Part shown: piece by piece, positions 7,817 through 13,408 of the stretch
How the letters are laid out: each line of letters begins with the position of its first letter
Position numbering within the stretch: the stretch's first letter is position 1
Notes under the pieces: generated by a model
The model's database searches: none
What the model was told of the DNA's origin: nothing
What the model saw: the letters and a program-made list of their open reading frames with translations, nothing else
Source of the DNA: Bdellovibrionia bacterium
GTDB lineage: Bacteria; Bdellovibrionota; UBA1018
Length of the DNA: 13,408 nt
Assembly (NCBI GenBank): GCA_049424145.1
Contig: JBMSSC010000074.1
Coordinates: 1 to 13,408 of the forward strand
Reading direction: 5' to 3'
Made by a program: the position numbers and the translations under genes

Positions 7817-7897
7817 ATTAAAAATAAGTTTTAAAAAAAAATAAACAAATATAAAATAAAAAAAATCGTTCTATTTTTTGACTTCGAGGAAAAACCC
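7817..7897 (+). promoter_or_regulatory. Extremely AT-rich A-tract intergenic region, probable promoter/UP region and RBS of cheA
   Basis: Only 2 G/C in 7817-7865, with A-tracts at 7820-7824, 7833-7841, 7853-7856 and 7858-7865. SD GAGGA at 7886-7890 precedes ATG 7898. No GC-rich terminator hairpin and no clear -35/-10 pair. Confidence 0.45.
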
Positions 7898-10723
7898 ATG
7901 TCGGATCAGACTGTAGACTCAGGCCTAGACGAGTTTTTTTCAGAATGTAAGGAAAACTTGCAGAGTTTTACAGCGAATCTTGCTCAGCTGGAGAAAGAAG
8001 CCTCTGTTAATCCGGTCCTGATTGATGCCATGTATCGGAGCATGCACACCATGAAGGGTTCAGCTCAGCTTTTTGGATTTGAATCCTTAGGGTGGGTTGG
8101 TCATGCCGTGGAGACCGCCTTAGAGCCCATTCGAAGGCTGAAGATGGTGATTCCTCCTGCGCTCATTGACTCTCTTTTCAATACCGTCGACCTGATTGAG
8201 TTGATTTTAAAAGAGATCTCAATGAATCCAAAAAACTCAGAGACTCGATTGGTTGCTGAAACCAAATCTCATGTGATTGGCCTATTGAGCCAAGTGGTTC
8301 AACTCTTTGGCGCAGAGATGTCTTTGATTCGAGATTCAGGCGTAGTTTCTCATTCCCCATCGGATGCGAGCTCCGGGTCTGCTGTGCGAGTGAAGGAGAA
8401 GGCTCAATCTCAGGCTCGGAATTCTAAGCAGCCCATCAAACAGGGTTTGGATCTGCGAGTTGAAAAAAACACAAGTTTTGCAAGCCCTCGCATCTCGAAT
8501 CCAGCTCAAGTGAAGCCATCTCTGAATCGAACTCATGTGGACGTGAAACCCCCATCCACCAGCGAACCCCCGAAGACGGAATTGAAAGAGGATTTGAGTC
8601 CTTCCCTTCATGAGCAGAACTCCACGGTTAGGATCCAGGTGGCTCTTCTGGATAAACTCATGAACTTGGTGGGGGAGATGGTCTTGGTAAGAAATCAGCT
8701 GCTTCAATACTCTCAAAGAAAGGACATGGATTTTGAGTTTCTTAATCTCAGTCAGAGAATCGACCTAGTGACCTCGGAGCTTCAATCGGAGGTGATGAAG
8801 ACACGAATGCAGCCTCTGGGTACAATCCTCGGGGCGTATCAGCGCATGATGAGGGATTTGGCGCGAAATCTCGGTAAGCAGATTGAGATGACGGTTCAGG
8901 GACTCGACACGGAGTTGGATAAGACCCTTATTGAGGCCATTAAGGACCCTCTGACTCACATGATCCGAAACTCCTGTGATCATGGAATTGAAACGGCCCA
9001 AGAGCGAATTGCTTTGGGAAAAAACCCGGTGGGCCATATTCGGATTTCAGCGTTTCAAGACGGTGGGTTTATTGTGATTGAGCTCTCCGATGACGGACGG
9101 GGACTCAACCATAAACGGATTGCTGAGAAAGCCATTGAACGAAAGCTCATCTCTGCTGAAGCGGTCAGCAAAATGAGTGAGCATGAAGTGGCACAGCTGA
9201 TCTTTACTCCAGGCTTCTCAACAGCCGATTCGGTGAGTGCGATTTCGGGTCGAGGCGTTGGGATGGATATTGTGAAGATCAATCTCGAGAAGCTCGGTGG
9301 CCAAGTTGAACTTAAAAGCGAGTATTTAAAAGGCATGACCATCCGGATGCGAATTCCGCTCACCCTGGCTATTGTTCCGGCCTTAATTGTGAAAGTGGGC
9401 GGTGAGCAATTTGCCATTCCTCAATTTAAGCTTGCTGAACTGATTCGAGTGACTCGAGATGGGCATGGTCCTAGGCTGGAGTACCTTCAAGGCAAACCCG
9501 TCTTTCGTTTAAGAGGAAATCTCCTCTCAATCTTAGAGCTTTGCAAATTCATTCAGATGCAGTGCGTGGACTTAACCTCAGACACACTCAACATCGTGGT
9601 GCTGAATAGCGAGAACGGGGTTTTTGGTCTCCTCGTGGATGAGATCAAAGACTCAGCCGATATTGTTGTGAAACCTTTGCCTGAGTTCCTCAAGAGATTG
9701 AATCTCTACTCGGGAGCCACCATCATGGGAGATGGCTCCGTTTCCCTGATCCTGGACATCACCGGATTGTCAAAAAAGGCGAATTTTCTTCAAAAATCGA
9801 AGGCGAACCCCAATTTGGAAAATCTTCCTATGGGAGCCGAGCGCTTGCCTAATGCTGAGGCCCAAGACTATCTGTTCTTTCGGCTCGGCGGTCGTGAGGT
9901 CTATAGCGTTCCACTGTGCTTAGTGTACCGCTTAGAGGAGTTTAAGAAAGAGCAAGTGGAGCAGACTGCCTCTCAACGGGTCGTAAAATACCGTGATTCT
10001 CTTTTGCCGCTACTTCCTTTGCGAGACTTCATTCCCGTATCGCGTGGAGAAGCAGACCACATGACTCGAGACTCAGTATCAGTAGTGGTGGTCCAAAAGC
10101 AGGGAAAACTCTACGGCTTTGAGGTTGATGAGATTCGCGATATCCTCTCGGTGGAGCGACACCCTGAGGAGCCGATGAAAAGGACGTTTGGGGTTCTAGG
10201 AAATATATTGGTTGGTGATGAGATCGTCACTGTCGTTGATGTGTTGGAAATCATTGATTCTCTTTTAGGGCAACTACCGCAGGTCGGAATGGGAGAGCGA
10301 GGCCGCTCAGTTCAAATGCAGCCAACTCCTGCAGGACATGTTCTTTTTGCTGAAGATACGCCGTCCTTTTTTAAGCAAGTCAAAAAAATCCTGGAGAGTC
10401 ATGGTTTTCAGGTCACTCACTTTAGTAACGGGCTGGAGGCTTGGGAGAGTTTAAGATCTGCTCCGGAGGGCCAGTATCATATCATTCTCTCGGATATTGA
10501 AATGCCCAAGATGAACGGCTACGAGCTTGCCAAGAAAATTCGATCCGATTCGCGATTCACTCATATTCCCCTGGTGGCGCTCACAACAAAATTCAGAGAG
10601 TCCGATATTCAAAAGGGGATGCAATCAGGATTCGATCAGTACTTAGAGAAGATCAAAGCCGATCAATTGGTGCATACCTTAGGTTCGTTGCTGAAGCTAG
10701 GAGACGAAAATGGCCACAAGTAA
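7898..10723 (+). CDS. cheA: Hybrid chemotaxis histidine kinase CheA (Hpt-linker-dimerisation-HATPase-CheW-CheW-REC)
   Basis: Hpt YRSMHTMKGSA; dimerisation VRIQVALLDKLMNLVGEMVLVRNQL; N box HMIRNSCDHGIE; G1 DDGRG; F box IFTPGFST; G2 GRGVGMDIV. Two CheW-like domains (FGLLVDEI, YGFEVDEI) and a C-terminal receiver (FAED...LSDIEMPKMNG...ALTT...YLEK). Confidence 0.97.
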   Translation: MSDQTVDSGLDEFFSECKENLQSFTANLAQLEKEASVNPVLIDAMYRSMHTMKGSAQLFGFESLGWVGHAVETALEPIRRLKMVIPPALIDSLFNTVDLIELILKEISMNPKNSETRLVAETKSHVIGLLSQVVQLFGAEMSLIRDSGVVSHSPSDASSGSAVRVKEKAQSQARNSKQPIKQGLDLRVEKNTSFASPRISNPAQVKPSLNRTHVDVKPPSTSEPPKTELKEDLSPSLHEQNSTVRIQVALLDKLMNLVGEMVLVRNQLLQYSQRKDMDFEFLNLSQRIDLVTSELQSEVMKTRMQPLGTILGAYQRMMRDLARNLGKQIEMTVQGLDTELDKTLIEAIKDPLTHMIRNSCDHGIETAQERIALGKNPVGHIRISAFQDGGFIVIELSDDGRGLNHKRIAEKAIERKLISAEAVSKMSEHEVAQLIFTPGFSTADSVSAISGRGVGMDIVKINLEKLGGQVELKSEYLKGMTIRMRIPLTLAIVPALIVKVGGEQFAIPQFKLAELIRVTRDGHGPRLEYLQGKPVFRLRGNLLSILELCKFIQMQCVDLTSDTLNIVVLNSENGVFGLLVDEIKDSADIVVKPLPEFLKRLNLYSGATIMGDGSVSLILDITGLSKKANFLQKSKANPNLENLPMGAERLPNAEAQDYLFFRLGGREVYSVPLCLVYRLEEFKKEQVEQTASQRVVKYRDSLLPLLPLRDFIPVSRGEADHMTRDSVSVVVVQKQGKLYGFEVDEIRDILSVERHPEEPMKRTFGVLGNILVGDEIVTVVDVLEIIDSLLGQLPQVGMGERGRSVQMQPTPAGHVLFAEDTPSFFKQVKKILESHGFQVTHFSNGLEAWESLRSAPEGQYHIILSDIEMPKMNGYELAKKIRSDSRFTHIPLVALTTKFRESDIQKGMQSGFDQYLEKIKADQLVHTLGSLLKLGDENGHK

Positions 10724-11147
10724 AACTCAATTCTCAACTTTTTATGTCGCAAAGAGACTATACGGGCTCAACGTGATCTCCGTTCAAGAGGTGACCAAGG
10801 CACTACCCGTGACTCGAGTTCCTCTTGCCCCAAAATTTGTCCGCGGTCTCATTAATCTGCGAGGACAAATTGCAACGGCCATCACCGTGAAAGATCTCTT
10901 TGAACTCAAAGACTCCTCCTTTGCAGAGCCGCCGATGAACGTGGTCTGTCGGGGAGATGGGCTCCTGATTTCCCTACTGGTGGATCAGATTGGAGATGTT
11001 GTCGAATTAGATGGAAGTTTGTTTGAACCCACTCCAGATACCATTGACCCTGGGGTGAGTCGATTTATGAGTGGTGTTTATAAGACCTCAGGAAATCTCT
11101 TGAGTGTTCTTGATATCAAAAAAATTGTTGAAGTCTTACAGAAATAA
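10710..11147 (+). CDS. cheW: Chemotaxis coupling protein CheW
   Basis: VQEV...TRVPLAPKFVRGLINLRGQI and LLVDQIGDV motifs. Overlaps the cheA end by 14 nt; SD AGGAG upstream. Confidence 0.96.
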   Translation: MATSKTQFSTFYVAKRLYGLNVISVQEVTKALPVTRVPLAPKFVRGLINLRGQIATAITVKDLFELKDSSFAEPPMNVVCRGDGLLISLLVDQIGDVVELDGSLFEPTPDTIDPGVSRFMSGVYKTSGNLLSVLDIKKIVEVLQK

Positions 11148-11149
11148 AT

Positions 11150-12274
11150 ATGAAAGTCTTTATCGTTGATGATTCATCGGTTTTTAGAACTCAGATTTCA
11201 AAGGCCTTAGCGGATGTGGAGGGAATTGAAGTCGTCGGTACGGCGTCAAATGGGAAGCTTGCATTACAAAAGCTCAGTTTGATGAACGTGGATGTTGTCA
11301 CCTTGGACATGGAAATGCCCGAGATCAGTGGGCGCGAGGTGATTAAGGAAATGAAACTCAGGGGAATTCATTCCAGGGTGATTATCTTTTCCGCTCAGAG
11401 TGCTCAAGGAGCCGAAAGCGCCTTGATTGCATTGAATGAGGGAGCAGATGACTTCGTGCCTAAACCAACCGGAAGCTTCTCGTCGATTGATGAAGTGGCC
11501 GAGTTGATCCGAAAAAGCCTGGTTCCCAAGATTCAGCAATTCGTCTCCAAATTTGGGCGCAACTCAAACACGCGGATGGTACAATCAAACAGTTCTCCTG
11601 CATTGCCCGCTTTTTCCTCCCCGCTATCGGTCGCTCGGAGCTCACCTTCTGCGTTGCCAAAAAAAGAACTCTCTAAGTTTCAACCCTCCGTCTTAGTGAT
11701 TGGCTCTTCGACAGGGGGACCTGCGGCGTTGGACAAGATCTTCTCAGGCTTAAAAGAGCCTGTGAATGTGCCGATTCTGATCACTCAGCACATGCCCCCG
11801 GTTTTTACGGCAAGTCTAGCCAAGCGTCTAGCTGAGGTCTCCGGTATCCCTGCCGCTGAAGCAAGATCCGGGGAGTTCCTTGAGCCAAATCGCATTTACG
11901 TGGCTCCGGGTGATTTTCACATGCTTCTAAGACTTCAGGACTCACGCCCGGCCATTCTCGTTACGAAGGATGCTCAAAGAAACTCCGTTCGCCCTGCTGT
12001 GGATTACCTATTTGAGACGGCGGCTCAAGTCTTCTCCCATCGTTGTTTGGGGCTCGTGCTGACGGGAATGGGTGAAGATGGATTGGCGGGATCCATTGAG
12101 ATTAGAAAAAAAGGGGGCGCTGTCATGATTCAAGATGAGGAGTCTTGTGTGGTGTTTGGAATGCCCGGAGCGATCTATCATGCAAATGAGTACGACTCCA
12201 TGGGTAGTCTTGAGGTGATCACAGCCAAGCTCAACCGGCTGATCAAACCCCCTATCTCAGGGGGGGTGAAATGA
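11150..12274 (+). CDS. cheB: Chemotaxis response regulator protein-glutamate methylesterase CheB
   Basis: N-terminal REC (IVDDS, TLDMEMP, KP), Ser/Pro-rich linker, methylesterase triad motifs GSSTGGP, TQHMP and LTGMGEDG, plus RPAVD and VFGMP. Confidence 0.97.
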   Translation: MKVFIVDDSSVFRTQISKALADVEGIEVVGTASNGKLALQKLSLMNVDVVTLDMEMPEISGREVIKEMKLRGIHSRVIIFSAQSAQGAESALIALNEGADDFVPKPTGSFSSIDEVAELIRKSLVPKIQQFVSKFGRNSNTRMVQSNSSPALPAFSSPLSVARSSPSALPKKELSKFQPSVLVIGSSTGGPAALDKIFSGLKEPVNVPILITQHMPPVFTASLAKRLAEVSGIPAAEARSGEFLEPNRIYVAPGDFHMLLRLQDSRPAILVTKDAQRNSVRPAVDYLFETAAQVFSHRCLGLVLTGMGEDGLAGSIEIRKKGGAVMIQDEESCVVFGMPGAIYHANEYDSMGSLEVITAKLNRLIKPPISGGVK

Positions 12275-12657
12275 AGTATTTTAGTCACTACTTAGTCTCA
12301 AAAGGTGTGGTGTCCGAGGAGGTTTTAGTCAAGTGCCTCCTCAGGCAGGTCCAAGAGCTCCCTATCCTTGCTGAGGTCGTGTTGAGTGTGCACCTTTTAA
12401 CCCCTCAACAGGTTCTAGAGGTTCTTTTGACTCAGAAAAAGCAGAAGATCGATTTTCAGCAAGCTTGTGCTGCCTTGGGCTTTTGGACAGAAGAGCTGAG
12501 TCAAGCCGTGGAGCGTGTTTTAGCGGAAAAACGACGACCGATCTTCAGTTACCTTCTCAATGAAGGAGTGGATCTGGCTGCCCTCATCAATGCCTTAGAT
12601 GACTTTCTCTATCAAGTCGAACTGAGCTCAGATGCGACGGGGAGTCCAGCACTATGA
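12271..12657 (+). CDS. Hypothetical 128-aa helical protein with degenerate MshEN/T2SSE_N-like tandem repeats
   Basis: ATGA overlap with the cheB stop and G-rich SD. Repeats such as YFSHYLVSKGVVSEEVLVKCLLRQ and ILAEVVLSVHLLTPQQVLEVLLTQ follow the spacing of RLGxxLLxxGLIxxxxLxxxLxxQ but lack RLG. Confidence 0.7.
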   Translation: MKYFSHYLVSKGVVSEEVLVKCLLRQVQELPILAEVVLSVHLLTPQQVLEVLLTQKKQKIDFQQACAALGFWTEELSQAVERVLAEKRRPIFSYLLNEGVDLAALINALDDFLYQVELSSDATGSPAL

Positions 12658-12833
12658 ATCTGAGAGATCGAAGAATGCAAGGTTCGGATTTGAAAGGGGA
12701 TAAAAAGATGGGCGGAAGGAGGGGGAGCTCCTGCAGAGTTCAGGTTGAGCCACTTACCCTGACGTCAAAGCATGTTGATGCCTCTGTTTTGAGGTTCAAT
12801 TCAAGTTTTCAATTTATGATCGTGAGAGGCTAA
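12654..12833 (+). CDS. Candidate small protein, 59 aa (not in ORF track)
   Basis: Hand translation: MNLRDRRMQGSDLKGDKKMGGRRGSSCRVQVEPLTLTSKHVDASVLRFNSSFQFMIVRG*. ATGA overlap with the upstream stop, GGAG at 12641-12644, and TAA ending 2 nt before the cheR ATG. No recognisable homology. Confidence 0.35.
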   Translation: MNLRDRRMQGSDLKGDKKMGGRRGSSCRVQVEPLTLTSKHVDASVLRFNSSFQFMIVRG

Positions 12834-12835
12834 GG

Positions 12836-13408
12836 ATGCAACAGAATCGTGAAATCTTAGAATTTTTTGCGCACTATATTGAAAAACAGATCGGGATTGT
12901 CTACCTCGAGGCCAATTATTTTCAATTGGAGCATCGTCTGAACGAGATTGTCTTTCAACTGGGTTTTACGGACTTAAAGCAGCTGCATGAGTTTGCCTTG
13001 GAAGGAGTGCAAGGTCAGCTCAAGGATCTCCTCTTAGACTTAGCCACCAATAATGAGACGAGCTTCTTTCGTGAGCAGTCAGCATTTACGGCCCTTGCTG
13101 AGTCAATCATCCCAAATATTTTTACTCACAATCCTTCTCTTCGTTACCTGAGGATTTGGAGTGCTGCAGGGAGCACAGGACAAGAGGCCTATTCCATTGC
13201 GATGTGCCTTGAGGGAGTGAAAAAAACTCAGCCTCAGCTACTGGGGTATGAAATTCTCATGACCGACTTTTCTGAGCGAGTCTTAACTCAAGCGCAAGGG
13301 GGCCTTTATTCGCAGCTTGAGCTCCAACGCGGGGTGCCGGAGAAGTATTTGAATGAATTTTTCGATCCAGAAAAAGAAGGCTCCTGGCGGATTAAGTCTG
13401 AGCTCAGA
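12836..13408 (+). CDS. cheR: Chemotaxis protein-glutamate O-methyltransferase CheR (3' truncated by window end)
   Basis: Hand translation from ATG 12836 (SD GAGAGG at 12824-12829): MQQNREILEFFAHYIEKQIGIVY...LATNNETSFFRE...LRIWSAAGSTGQEAYSIAM...EILMTDFSERVL...GLYSQLELQRG. These are CheR motifs, and the frame is open to the window end. Confidence 0.95.
   Translation, partial: MQQNREILEFFAHYIEKQIGIVYLEANYFQLEHRLNEIVFQLGFTDLKQLHEFALEGVQGQLKDLLLDLATNNETSFFREQSAFTALAESIIPNIFTHNPSLRYLRIWSAAGSTGQEAYSIAMCLEGVKKTQPQLLGYEILMTDFSERVLTQAQGGLYSQLELQRGVPEKYLNEFFDPEKEGSWRIKSELR

Noticed and set aside
8178..11660. Antisense ORFs within cheA and cheB, including 9055..9417 (120 aa)
   Set aside because: Typical antisense mirror frames of conserved coding sequence.
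12760..12767. TGACGTCA palindrome upstream of cheR
   Set aside because: An 8-bp palindrome is expected by chance many times in 13 kb, and there is no further context.
1..13408. CRISPR array, tRNA/rRNA, IS or prophage, and a CRISPR-linked Lon/HEPN module
   Set aside because: No direct-repeat array, RNA gene signature, transposase, integrase or cas gene seen. The Lon is a full AAA+ LonA with no SAVED/CARF domain.

Overview
Bacterial chromosomal window with moderate GC and very AT-rich intergenic stretches. A Bdellovibrionota/Oligoflexia-like or other delta-type origin is only my impression and is untested. Left part: a secreted, probably outer-membrane beta-barrel protein (+) converges on a minus-strand pair, Lon protease followed by a GT4 glycosyltransferase. 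Divergent from lon is a 932-aa HEAT/ARM-repeat protein whose C-terminal domain carries a HEPN-type R-x4-H motif (RNPIAH). It is followed by a tightly coupled chemosensory cluster: hybrid CheA (Hpt-kinase-CheW-CheW-REC), CheW, CheB, a 128-aa protein made of degenerate MshEN-like repeats, an unannotated 59-codon ORF that exactly fills the next gap, and CheR (truncated by the window end, absent from the ORF track). No chemoreceptor or stand-alone CheY lies in the window. The best novelty candidate is the HEAT-HEPN putative RNase placed between a Lon protease and a chemosensory operon. No rRNA, tRNA, CRISPR array or mobile element was seen.
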